Below the pieces are notes generated by a model. That model was not told where the DNA came from. It saw nothing but the letters and a program-made list of their open reading frames with translations, and made no database searches. Below, piece after piece: positions 20,064 to 28,624 of a DNA stretch of 41,760 nt (positions are counted from its first letter, which is position 1; each line of letters starts with the position of its first letter). Origin of the DNA: Enterobacter phage Tyrion. Location of the stretch: sequence record KX231829.1, one strand, 5' to 3'. Made by a program: the position numbers and the translations under genes.

Positions 20064-20375
20064 ATGGGTTATATTGAAGCGAAGTTGAGTTTACTTGGAA
20101 GAATGCGAGTTATTGCTCTGCTGCTGAATGCAATAGTATTTCTGGGTAGTTCATGGGCTTTGTATAAAACCGGAATTTTTACAACGTCATGGTATAACGA
20201 AGGTGATGCAGTATTATGCGTACTTCTAATGCTATGTACAGCATTAAGCATCTTTGCCATCAATAACCCGATTATTCTTGATAAAACAGATGATGAATCG
20301 TCTTCGCTACTATTTTTATGGTTGAAGAGAAAAAAGCTCGAGCATCTTGAGAAAATAAAAGAACTTAAAAAATAG
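20064..20375 (+). CDS. Small two-TM membrane protein (AT-rich moron), candidate superinfection-exclusion protein
   Basis: 103 aa with two hydrophobic helices and low-GC codon usage. Sits between injection proteins and ant, where P22 has sieA. Confidence 0.55.
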   Translation: MGYIEAKLSLLGRMRVIALLLNAIVFLGSSWALYKTGIFTTSWYNEGDAVLCVLLMLCTALSIFAINNPIILDKTDDESSSLLFLWLKRKKLEHLEKIKELKK

Positions 20376-20376
20376 C

Positions 20377-20388
20377 GTGACATGTCAC
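20377..20388. repeat. Palindrome GTGACATGTCAC (copy 2)
   Basis: Perfect 12-bp palindrome between convergent genes, directly followed by the terminator hairpin ggccgctttcgcggcc. Confidence 0.8.
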
Positions 20389-20396
20389 AAAGGCCG

Positions 20397-20420
20397 CTTT
20401 CGCGGCCTTATTCTTATCAG
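20397..20420. terminator. Bidirectional Rho-independent terminator
   Basis: GGCCGC-tttc-GCGGCC followed by ttattctt on the plus strand. U-rich on the minus strand after the adjacent palindrome. Confidence 0.55.
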
Positions 20421-21130
20421 AACCCACCAGCCTGGCTGTTGATGTACTGCGCGTGCGTCTGGATGTCGCGCAGGCATTTACTGGCACCTACGATGTAGCT
20501 GATCATCGTGGTGAACTCCGCCGCCGCGCCGGATACGTCGTGGCCGTCGTCCTGCATCTGGTTCAGCAGGTTCATCAGCAGTGAGCGATCCGCCAGCCCA
20601 ACAACACCTTCCGGCGAGTGAATCATGTCGCGGTAGCCGGGTTTGAGTGGGGCGCTGTAGTTCTTCTGTTCAATCTGCATGGCCTGCATAACTGCTGATG
20701 CTGTGGCATTGGCAACCTGATCAGCAACCATCTTAATGCGGTCTTCTTGCGGGAGCGTATTTTTGATGTAACTACCGGTGCGGCGGATCTGCGGCAGCAC
20801 TTCGCCAGTTACCCATTTACGGAAACGGTAGGGAATAGTCCCAGGTGTTACTGCATCGCGGCAGCGCAGGATCAGAGTATAGAGGCCGGATTCGTTTATG
20901 ACATTAACGGTCTGACTACCTTTTACGGTGTAAGTTGAACTTACACCCTTCTCATCATCATCTAATGCTTTCAACGACATGCGGGAGTTAGTCAACCCAA
21001 GAGCTTTGCAAACGTCTGATGCAGCAAACCATGGATTACCATCAATGTTGAACATGCGAACAGGTGTGGATGATTCGAACTTAAATACTGCGTCTGGAGA
21101 TGGTTTTCTTTGAGTTGTCATAGTGATCAC
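20417..21130 (-). CDS. ant: Bro-N domain antirepressor-like protein (Ant)
   Basis: 237 aa. N-terminal Bro-N signature FNIDGNPWFAASDVCKALGL...LDDDEK. The C-terminal approximately 70 aa is paralogous to the product of 21439..21699. Confidence 0.75.
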   Translation of the reverse strand: MITMTTQRKPSPDAVFKFESSTPVRMFNIDGNPWFAASDVCKALGLTNSRMSLKALDDDEKGVSSTYTVKGSQTVNVINESGLYTLILRCRDAVTPGTIPYRFRKWVTGEVLPQIRRTGSYIKNTLPQEDRIKMVADQVANATASAVMQAMQIEQKNYSAPLKPGYRDMIHSPEGVVGLADRSLLMNLLNQMQDDGHDVSGAAAEFTTMISYIVGASKCLRDIQTHAQYINSQAGGF

Positions 21131-21392
21131 CTTTGTAGTTCCGGTTAATCACCACCGCTGAGACCAATCAGATGGTGGTGAACTGTGCAGAGTTGGTCTT
21201 ACCGGCTACAAAGGACCCGGCGCACCGTGAGGTGCCCCCACACAGCCCACCATAGAATATGGGTGCTATGCTTCACGCATAAAAAAACCGCTCGCGCGGT
21301 AATGCGCCTCTGTAGTAATCCGGGAGACCAATCCCGGCACTGGATTTTGCCAGTGCCTGATCACTATGGCACAAGAATTATGCATTGTAAAT

Positions 21393-21448
21393 TTACCTGT
21401 GAGGTAATAATAAACGGCTTCACAGGTAATTACAAACCTTATGTGGTT
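21393..21448. promoter_or_regulatory. Operator/promoter unit upstream of ant
   Basis: TTACC-TGTGA-GGTAAT (21393..21408), half-site AGGTAAT (21424..21430), ACCTTATGTGGTT (21436..21448). Confidence 0.5.
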
Positions 21449-21699
21449 TGCCGTCGTAGTTGCTCTACGCAATAATCCAGGTGCGTCTGCAGATCCTTCA
21501 TCGATAACTGTGAACTGGTGACATAGTTCACCAGCGCAGTCAGTTCTGCCAGCGGTCCATCAACGTTAAATCCGTCTTTGTCCAACTGGCGCAGCAATTT
21601 CATAAGGTGTGAGTCCTCCACCAGGGATATGACGCCTCCCGGCGTGTGTACTCTTTCAGCAAATCCATCTTCCAGCGGGTGGTGATACTGCCGTTGCAT
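21439..21699 (-). CDS. Small antirepressor-like protein (stand-alone Ant C-terminal domain paralog), SOS-box associated
   Basis: ORF 21439..21717 (TTG). Likely ATG at 21699 with RBS GGAG. Clear similarity to the Ant C-terminus (HTPGGVISLVEDSHLMKLL.. versus HSPEGVVGLADRSLLMNLL..). Confidence 0.6.
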   Translation of the reverse strand: MQRQYHHPLEDGFAERVHTPGGVISLVEDSHLMKLLRQLDKDGFNVDGPLAELTALVNYVTSSQLSMKDLQTHLDYCVEQLRRQTT

Positions 21700-21719
21700 C
21701 TCTTCATCTCCATGCAATC

Positions 21720-21739
21720 ACTGTATGCTTATACAGTAG
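21720..21739. promoter_or_regulatory. LexA (SOS) box aCTGTATGCTTATACAGta
   Basis: CTGT-N8-ACAG with AT-rich spacer, 18/20 match to TACTGTATATATATACAGTA. Lies about 20 bp upstream of the ATG of the small antirepressor-like gene. Confidence 0.65.
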
Positions 21740-21774
21740 CAAAGACTTTCTCCACTATCCAGCACAGAATGCAA

Positions 21775-21841
21775 ATTACCTTATCGGTAATAAATGTGTT
21801 GAATGTTATTTATTCGATACATATACGGTTATTCAGGTAAT
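21775..21841. promoter_or_regulatory. Operator/promoter unit between small ant-like gene and tailspike
   Basis: Perfect ATTACC-TTATC-GGTAAT (21775..21791), then GGTAATAAATGTGTT, ACATATACGGTT (21819..21830) and AGGTAAT (21835..21841). Confidence 0.55.
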
Positions 21842-21896
21842 AGAATGGATGGGACTGCATGCGCGATGGGCGCACAAGCTATCCGGAGATAATGAC

Positions 21897-24455
21897 ATGA
21901 CGGTCTCAACCGAAGTTGACCACAACGATTACACCGGGAACGGCGTCACAACGACATTCCCGTATACCTTCAGAATTTTTCAGAAGTCTGATCTGGTTGT
22001 TCAGGTTGTAGACCTGGATGAAAATATAAGCGTTCTGGTCCTTGATACGGACTACACAGTTACCGGTGCTGGTGGATACACTGGCGGCAATGTGATATTG
22101 GCTACGGCGCTTGCCAGTGGATACCAGATCTCCATTTCGCGCGAGTTACCTGTTACTCAGGAAACAGACCTTCGCAATCAGGGTAAGTTCTTCGCTGAAG
22201 TTCATGAAGACGCTTTCGATAAGCTGACTATGCTGATCCAGCAAGTAAGAAGTATGTTCAGCCTGGCGCTGCGCAAGCCTACATTCGTGGCAAATTATTA
22301 TGATGCTATGAACAACTATATTCGAAATCTGAGAGATCCTGTACGTCAGCAAGATGCAGCAACAAAAGGGTATGTTGACAGTTTGTCAGGAACAAATTTA
22401 AACAGAACCCTACGTGTTCCTGAAGCAGTAATATCTGTTTTGCCTGACATTGAAGATAGAAGAAATAAAGCGTTAAGTTTCGACTACGCCGGTGAGCCAT
22501 TGCTATTAGATCCATCAGGAAGTGGATTGTGGGGTTATGTTCTGATTGATTCATTTCAGTTAGGGGCAACAATATCCACTCGATACCAGGCATTGCGCTG
22601 GACTCTTCCGGATGGCGATGGTGAATACTATCGCTGGGATGGTGCACTTCCTAAAATCGTGCCACCTGGTTCCACTCCTGATACCGCAGGTGGCGTAGGC
22701 CCTGGTAAATGGGTTGGTGTTGGTGATGCGTCTTTACGCGGACAATTAAACAACACATTCGATGATGTCACATCATTAAGAAATTCAGAAAACCTTATCC
22801 CAGATATTCCAGTCTTGCTCGTTAATTACTATTCAGGTGTAGTTGGTGGAGGTGGGGCATTCTATGTTGATGACGCAGATACCACGTCAACAGATAACTC
22901 CGGCACTGTATTCGTAAACGCTAGCGGACAACGTATCAAGCGAGTTCTTGATGGCGTATGCCGCTGGTCAGACTTCGGAATTCTGCCAGGCATGCCGGTA
23001 GCGCCAACTAAATCGCAGTGTGAAGCAGTATGGGCGTGGGGTTTCGCAAACGGCTGTACCCGGTACGAAACCTTCCAGAAAGGGGAAATGACATTCACTT
23101 TCCCTCTGCTGTTCCAGGTGCCTGCTGACTGGACTGGCGGGGCGGTGAGCTTTATTGCTGAGGGTCTGCACAAATTCGCATACGATTTCCGTAATGGCGC
23201 CACTGATGATGTGGTAGAGATCATCCTGAAACTTGAAGACCTGTCAGGGAACACACCCATCCATACTATTTATAATTTCGATAACGTTGGGATGGGGCGG
23301 TTCCCTGGTAAGAGCATCCGATACACCGCTCTACGCCACACGAACGCAAAAAACTCAATGATCAAGGTTACCGGGAAGAACAACTACGGATATGCCCTGT
23401 TCATAGGCGGTAGTGATAACAGCATCGTGTACAATTCAACGTTTTATAACTGCGATGGACAATTGCTTGTAACGTCACCGGGAGGAGCTTACGACAACTT
23501 CGGTGATGCGATTTATGTTGGCGCTAAAAATGTGTCTATCCAGAGTCCTGTCATTGAAACAACACAGGGTGGTAGAGCTGGTATCGTATTCGAAGGGACA
23601 AGTGTTGATCGTGTTGGTGGTGAGGTAACAAACTGCTTCATTAAGGGATATGATCGCGGTATTCACATTGAAACCATTGGCTACAGAATGGACGCAGTTA
23701 ATATTACTGGAGGCAGGATACAGGATTGTAATACAAGCATATTGGCATTTAATGGAGTAGCCGCCGATATGGGAAGTGATATGTCTGTTATTGTCAAGGG
23801 ATTAACATCGCGGCTTGATAGCACAATTTCAGGTCATGCTAATCCAACAGGATTTACTCTTGGACACTTTATGGCTTCAGGAATAAACATGCAGATCACC
23901 ACTGAGGGTTGCTCATGGCAGGCGCAACTTAACAATATAACTATTGTTGGTGGTGGAAAATGGATTAGTAGCGGAGACAGGATGTTTGTTAATTCAGGAG
24001 GAATAGCAGCGCCATACGCAAGAAGTATAGAGATAAATAATATGTATGCCCCCGCAAACAGAAACACATTGTCATCATCAGGTAATGTTATATTCACAAA
24101 CTCATTTTGGGGTGGCGATATAGCGGTAACTGGCGGAAATAAGAGCGTGATAGATAATATAGAGATGACAAGACTCACATTCCCAAATTGCGGGAGAATT
24201 AGTCTTGTTGGATCCAATAGCGCCATTGTGAGAAACATAATATTCCAGTTCCCTGATACGTGGGCAATTGACAACACCCAAACTTTGCAGGTGCCTGTAT
24301 GTCCTATTATTGAAAATATCCATGTAAATAGCACGCCAACAGGAACGGCAACACTGCAGAGGAATGCAGAGAACACAGGTGCATCAGCAAACAGATACAG
24401 AAGGGCCATGCCATCATATATTTCAAATGGCACGACATTTACAACAATACCCTAA
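21897..24455 (+). CDS. Tailspike: T7 gp17-like N-terminal adaptor domain plus parallel beta-helix depolymerase-like domain
   Basis: ORF 21849..24455. Likely start MTVSTEV at 21897 with RBS GGAGATAA. N-term YTGNGVTTTFPYTFRIF..DLVVQVVDLD matches the T7 tail-fibre N-terminal domain pattern. The C-terminal two-thirds is AT-rich with beta-helix-like repeats. Confidence 0.85.
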   Translation: MTVSTEVDHNDYTGNGVTTTFPYTFRIFQKSDLVVQVVDLDENISVLVLDTDYTVTGAGGYTGGNVILATALASGYQISISRELPVTQETDLRNQGKFFAEVHEDAFDKLTMLIQQVRSMFSLALRKPTFVANYYDAMNNYIRNLRDPVRQQDAATKGYVDSLSGTNLNRTLRVPEAVISVLPDIEDRRNKALSFDYAGEPLLLDPSGSGLWGYVLIDSFQLGATISTRYQALRWTLPDGDGEYYRWDGALPKIVPPGSTPDTAGGVGPGKWVGVGDASLRGQLNNTFDDVTSLRNSENLIPDIPVLLVNYYSGVVGGGGAFYVDDADTTSTDNSGTVFVNASGQRIKRVLDGVCRWSDFGILPGMPVAPTKSQCEAVWAWGFANGCTRYETFQKGEMTFTFPLLFQVPADWTGGAVSFIAEGLHKFAYDFRNGATDDVVEIILKLEDLSGNTPIHTIYNFDNVGMGRFPGKSIRYTALRHTNAKNSMIKVTGKNNYGYALFIGGSDNSIVYNSTFYNCDGQLLVTSPGGAYDNFGDAIYVGAKNVSIQSPVIETTQGGRAGIVFEGTSVDRVGGEVTNCFIKGYDRGIHIETIGYRMDAVNITGGRIQDCNTSILAFNGVAADMGSDMSVIVKGLTSRLDSTISGHANPTGFTLGHFMASGINMQITTEGCSWQAQLNNITIVGGGKWISSGDRMFVNSGGIAAPYARSIEINNMYAPANRNTLSSSGNVIFTNSFWGGDIAVTGGNKSVIDNIEMTRLTFPNCGRISLVGSNSAIVRNIIFQFPDTWAIDNTQTLQVPVCPIIENIHVNSTPTGTATLQRNAENTGASANRYRRAMPSYISNGTTFTTIP

Positions 24456-24493
24456 CGTAAAGATTATTGAGGTGGCCCTATAAGGCCACCTTT

Positions 24494-26368
24494 TTACTTA
24501 CTCATAATTTCAGATATTTTATTAAATATATATTTACCAACAATCTCAGACCCATATTTTGTGAGGTGAATTTTGTCAGAATAAATTGGCTCACCATCAG
24601 GGCTTTGCACAATGCAACTTTTTGCGTCACATAAAGCGTCATTAGGGTTAATGAAATATACACCTTTAGTTTTGCTTGCCCATTCTTCTAATATTCTATT
24701 TTCAATTATTTCATTTTTTTCTTCCCTTGCAGGGCATTCAAGCTTTAAAATCGTATTTATAGGAAGCGGATTTTTAGCAAGACATTCAAAAACCTGATAT
24801 TCAGTGCCTTGTGTCTTTCCAATTACAAATAGCTTTCTACCTTTGGTTGATCTAAAGGCATCCGAATTAACAATGTTGGTTAATTCATTTATGACAATAT
24901 TTGCATTATTGTCAACAACTTCTTCACCAGTTGCAATATTTTTAAACTTCCAGTCACTACTCCATATTTGAGCGTAGAGCACGTATTTTGATTTATATTT
25001 TATGAGCGATTTATTGAAGTGCCCAGACCTATCTATACATGCCTTGGCAATTTTGTCTGAAAAAAATCTAACGTAATTATTTGTTGATATACACCCATCC
25101 TGGAATACTGCTGCAAAAGGCTTTCCATATTCTTTCAAAAAAGTAGAATACTGTCTTGCAAAACTATCACCAGTTATAATGAACTCAGGCTCGTTATTGT
25201 TTATGTTAAATAGCTGAATGCCGTTTCCTTGAGGTGTTCCAGAGCCTCCATAGTACTTTGCATGAAACTCTTTTGCTGACAGTCCGAATTTTTCATCGAC
25301 CCTGGATTTAATCCCGTCTTCACTGACATAATAAGATGCATAAAGAGCAATGAAAAACATACAGCAAAGTCCAATGCCGTAACTTCTTCTCTTTTCAACT
25401 GTATAGTAGAGTATTATTGAAATTGCCAAAACAATATACAAATAAGTTAAAAAACCAACATCAATATTAAATTTACCTAATGTGACAATGACAGGCCAGT
25501 GTACAAGGTAAATCGAGTAAGACCATAGACCAGCTTTTTGAAGAATAATATTTGAAAGTATTGAGTTTTTATTATTTGCAAGAATAACAAAGTATGCGCC
25601 AACCACAGGTAGCAATGCAGCATAACCAGGCCACGGAGTTTTATCGCTGATTAGAGCAATGGATGCAACAATGAGCGCGATACCAGCGATTTCAATCTTA
25701 CCGGAATGCTCTTTGTGCCGAGTGAGAGGGTACAGGAACGCGAGGCCACCAACCATCATCTCCCACGCCCTAGTATAAAGCATAAAGTACGCTGCTGACG
25801 GGTCTGTGTATGAAACATAAACAGAAAGCAACAAAGAAACTATCGCTGCGATTACAACGGCTATCTTTATTTTTGATAAAGGCAATATTTTTGATAAAGC
25901 ATAAATAATGATAGGGTAAATAATATAAAACTGCCACTCTACAGATAACGACCACGTGTGCAGTAAAAATTTACTTCTTGAATCTGCATCAAAATAACCA
26001 GACTCAAAAAAATAAGTAAAATTAGAAATGAATAATAAACTACTAAATGAATGATTACCTATGACCTGATAGGTCAATGGCTCAAAAATTAAATATCCAA
26101 CTATAAGAAGCGCAACCACAACAGCAACTAGCGCAGGAACTATTCTTTTGCATCTTGCAATCAGGAATTTAACAATTGAAAAGTTGTTATTTTCTACACC
26201 TCTGAATATTATTGATGTCATCAAAAAACCTGAGATAACGAAAAAAACATCAACTCCAGCAAAACCACCCGGTAAAAAAGATGGGCTAAAATGGAATACC
26301 ATAACGGATAAGACCGCAATTGCACGAAGACCATTAATATCTTTTCTGAATTTATTATCAACGCCCAT
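24494..26368 (-). CDS. oac: O-antigen acetyltransferase (acyltransferase-3 membrane domain plus SGNH domain, OafA/Oac-like), lysogenic conversion
   Basis: 624 aa. N-term NGLRAIAVLSVMVFHF with about 10 TM helices. C-terminal SGNH-like domain. Very low GC. Same position as the O-acetyltransferase of phiV10. Confidence 0.85.
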   Translation of the reverse strand: MGVDNKFRKDINGLRAIAVLSVMVFHFSPSFLPGGFAGVDVFFVISGFLMTSIIFRGVENNNFSIVKFLIARCKRIVPALVAVVVALLIVGYLIFEPLTYQVIGNHSFSSLLFISNFTYFFESGYFDADSRSKFLLHTWSLSVEWQFYIIYPIIIYALSKILPLSKIKIAVVIAAIVSLLLSVYVSYTDPSAAYFMLYTRAWEMMVGGLAFLYPLTRHKEHSGKIEIAGIALIVASIALISDKTPWPGYAALLPVVGAYFVILANNKNSILSNIILQKAGLWSYSIYLVHWPVIVTLGKFNIDVGFLTYLYIVLAISIILYYTVEKRRSYGIGLCCMFFIALYASYYVSEDGIKSRVDEKFGLSAKEFHAKYYGGSGTPQGNGIQLFNINNNEPEFIITGDSFARQYSTFLKEYGKPFAAVFQDGCISTNNYVRFFSDKIAKACIDRSGHFNKSLIKYKSKYVLYAQIWSSDWKFKNIATGEEVVDNNANIVINELTNIVNSDAFRSTKGRKLFVIGKTQGTEYQVFECLAKNPLPINTILKLECPAREEKNEIIENRILEEWASKTKGVYFINPNDALCDAKSCIVQSPDGEPIYSDKIHLTKYGSEIVGKYIFNKISEIMSK

Positions 26369-26407
26369 TTAATTACCCAAGGAATAATACTCTTTATCTA
26401 AATATTA

Positions 26408-26465
26408 TCACCTTATGGGTAATTTTGATAGGAGTAATCTCAGGTAATTATAACCATATATGGTT
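26408..26465. promoter_or_regulatory. Divergent promoter/operator region (oac leftward, lysis rightward)
   Basis: TCACC-TTATG-GGTAAT (26408..26423). Sigma70-like TTGATA (26425..26430) - 17 bp - TTATAA rightward. AGGTAAT (26442..26448), ACCATATATGGTT (26453..26465). On the minus strand CCATATATGGT is directly followed by a perfect TATAAT pointing toward oac. Confidence 0.55.
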
Positions 26466-26518
26466 TATTGTGTATGATGGACTCACCAACTAAGGGGGTT
26501 CGTTATGCACAGTAAACG

Positions 26519-26932
26519 GTGGTCATTATGTCAGCCGGGCTAACCAGTGAGTCTTTAAATCAGTGGCTTAGTATGGGTTCGCTCGCTGCGGTAATCGCAG
26601 GAGTTCCGCCAGAAGTGGCGCTCGGTGCTTTGGCTGGTGCGGTAATTTTTGTTACCTCGGCTGTCGAATACCCGATCCGCCGCCGGGTTCTTCTGTCGAT
26701 GCTCAGCTTTCTCTGCGGCCTTCTCTTCTACAAACCCACAGCATCCATCCTTATCGGCGTAGCCAGCCTGATCCCTACCATCACGCAGGATTCTTTCGAG
26801 AAAGGGATCGTATTCTCTGCCGGCGCATTCGTGTCAGCTATCGTCGCAGTTCGTATTGGCATCTGGCTCTATCACCGTTCCGATAATCCACGCGAGTTAA
26901 TCCCGGGGAGAAAAGACGATGACAACTCATGA
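26519..26932 (+). CDS. Holin-like membrane protein
   Basis: 137 aa, multiple TM segments, first gene of the lysis cassette. Confidence 0.5.
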   Translation: MVIMSAGLTSESLNQWLSMGSLAAVIAGVPPEVALGALAGAVIFVTSAVEYPIRRRVLLSMLSFLCGLLFYKPTASILIGVASLIPTITQDSFEKGIVFSAGAFVSAIVAVRIGIWLYHRSDNPRELIPGRKDDDNS

Positions 26933-27227
26933 GCTTCTTTTGCTTATTGCCAATGCGGTTATCTGTTCAGGCATAGCGATCCGCGTCGGTACATTCCGGC
27001 GAAACGGCTCGCAACATCGCCGGTGGGGAGGGTGGATCGCTTACTTTCTCATTGTGGCCGCCGCCAGCATTCCCATCCGCGCTGCCTATGCCATCTGGTA
27101 TCACACGCCAATGGCCGCCGATTTATCGGAGGTCGTCATCAACGCTGTCATGCTTGCCGCCGTTCTGAAGACACGCGGCAACGTTGTACAGATTTTCAAA
27201 ATATCGAGGTCTCAACATGGACATTAA
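26919..27227 (+). CDS. Second holin/antiholin-like membrane protein
   Basis: 102 aa, two to three TM helices. Overlaps the endolysin start. Confidence 0.5.
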   Translation: MTTHELLLLIANAVICSGIAIRVGTFRRNGSQHRRWGGWIAYFLIVAAASIPIRAAYAIWYHTPMAADLSEVVINAVMLAAVLKTRGNVVQIFKISRSQHGH

Positions 27228-27843
27228 CCAGTTCCGGCACGCCGCCGGTATAACTGAGCAACTGGCTGTGCGTTGGTATCCACATATCACCACAGCCATG
27301 AAAGAGTTTGGCATTATCGATCCACAACATCAGGCAATGTTCATTGCCCAGGTCGGGCATGAAAGCACTGGATTCACCAGGCTGGTGGAGAATTTCAACT
27401 ACAGCATTTCCGGGCTGTCTGGCTTCATCCGCGCCGGGCGTATAACTCCGGACCAGGCCAGCGCACTTGGCAGGAAAACATATGAGAAGTCTCTTCCCCT
27501 GGAACGCCAGCGTGCAATTGCCAATCTGGTGTATAGCAAGCGCTACGGTAACAATGCGCCAGGTGATGGATGGAAATACCGTGCGCGTGGACTCATCGGA
27601 ATCACGTTCCTCGATAACTACCGGGATTGTGGAAACGGTCTGAAGGTTGATCTGGTAGCTAAGCCTGAACTGCTGGCACAGGATGAATACGCGGCCCGCA
27701 GCGCGGCGTGGTTCTTCGCCAGTAAAGGTTGCATGAAGTACACCGGCGACATGGTGCGCGTAACGCAGATCATCAATGGCGGGCAGAACGGAATCGACGA
27801 CCGGCGCGCGCGGTATATCACCGCCAGTAAGGTGCTTTTATGA
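27214..27843 (+). CDS. Endolysin, glycoside hydrolase family 19 (chitinase-like lysozyme)
   Basis: ORF 27184..27843. Start at MDINQFRHAAGI. Motifs FIAQVGHESTGF and GDGWKYRARGLIGITFLDNYRDCG match Salmonella phage GH19 endolysins of the SPN1S/epsilon15 type. Confidence 0.85.
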   Translation, partial: NMDINQFRHAAGITEQLAVRWYPHITTAMKEFGIIDPQHQAMFIAQVGHESTGFTRLVENFNYSISGLSGFIRAGRITPDQASALGRKTYEKSLPLERQRAIANLVYSKRYGNNAPGDGWKYRARGLIGITFLDNYRDCGNGLKVDLVAKPELLAQDEYAARSAAWFFASKGCMKYTGDMVRVTQIINGGQNGIDDRRARYITASKVLL

Positions 27844-28340
27844 TCTGGGTATTCGTGAAAGCATACTGGAAACAGTTGCTTATTGTCGTGATGCTTGCTG
27901 CGTTGGTTATCAGTTGCGTTGTTGCCTGGAATATCCATGGTGACCGGCAGTATGACGTCGGGTACGCACAGGCGCAGTCAGATCAGAAACAGGCTGATGA
28001 TAAGGCCCGGGCACAACGAGATAAGGAGAAAACACAAATTGAACGTGATGCGCTATCCCGTATTGAGTCTGCGCGGGCTGATGCTGATTTTGCTGCTGCC
28101 TCTTCTGGGCGCCTGCAGTCAGAACTTGACAAGATCAAGCGAATCGCCGAACACTATACCGGAACTTTCCCCACTGGCACGCCAGCCAGCAAGGTCATCA
28201 GTGTGCTCGCCGACATGCTTGAAGAAAGCAACCGAGCTTACGTCGCAACAGCAGAAGAAGCTGAGCGATATAGGGTTGCAGGTGAGTCCTGTGAGCAGCA
28301 GTATGACGCACTGAAAAAGCGGGGCACCATTAACCTGTGA
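27840..28340 (+). CDS. Rz-like i-spanin
   Basis: 166 aa, N-terminal TM helix then coiled coil. Overlaps the endolysin stop. Confidence 0.7.
   Translation: MIWVFVKAYWKQLLIVVMLAALVISCVVAWNIHGDRQYDVGYAQAQSDQKQADDKARAQRDKEKTQIERDALSRIESARADADFAAASSGRLQSELDKIKRIAEHYTGTFPTGTPASKVISVLADMLEESNRAYVATAEEAERYRVAGESCEQQYDALKKRGTINL
28048..28314 (+). CDS. Rz1-like o-spanin embedded in +1 frame of Rz
   Basis: Within ORF 27895..28314. Start MRYPV, lipoprotein signal LLLLPLLGAC (lipobox LLGAC), Pro-rich mature region. Confidence 0.6.
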   Translation: MRYPVLSLRGLMLILLLPLLGACSQNLTRSSESPNTIPELSPLARQPARSSVCSPTCLKKATELTSQQQKKLSDIGLQVSPVSSSMTH

Positions 28341-28624
28341 CGGTATATAAAACGGTACGGTGAAAATAAGTTATGAGAAAGATGTTATCACTCAATTGGT
28401 TATGTTTGTCGTAAATAATTGAGTGGGAATGATTTACAGCTAACTCATAGCTAATCATTTCTATTCATTTAATAAAATAACCCTCTGTTTTTACGGAGGG
28501 TTTTTGTTTATATCTACTCATAACTATTCACTCTACACCACATTTTTCGACGGTACACGTGACGGTATTACCCTAAAGGTATACTCTCATACCGACAGAA
28601 ACATGGATGCAAAACGGGTGAAAA
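28325..28624. other. Candidate attP region with integrase arm-type repeats
   Basis: AT-rich non-coding region next to int with at least 5 copies of (G)ACGGTA(T/C) (28336, 28349, 28548, 28560, inverted at 28590). Also an inverted repeat cactcaatt...aattgagtg. Confidence 0.45.
28483..28509 (+). terminator. Rho-independent terminator ending the lysis operon
   Basis: ccctctg-ttttta-cggaggg followed by tttttgttt. Confidence 0.6.

Noticed and set aside
21185-21475. 96-aa plus-strand ORF in the ant upstream region
   Set aside because: It overlaps the operator/promoter elements and the start of the minus-strand gene 21439..21699. Its composition is Arg/Cys/His-rich, so it is probably non-coding.
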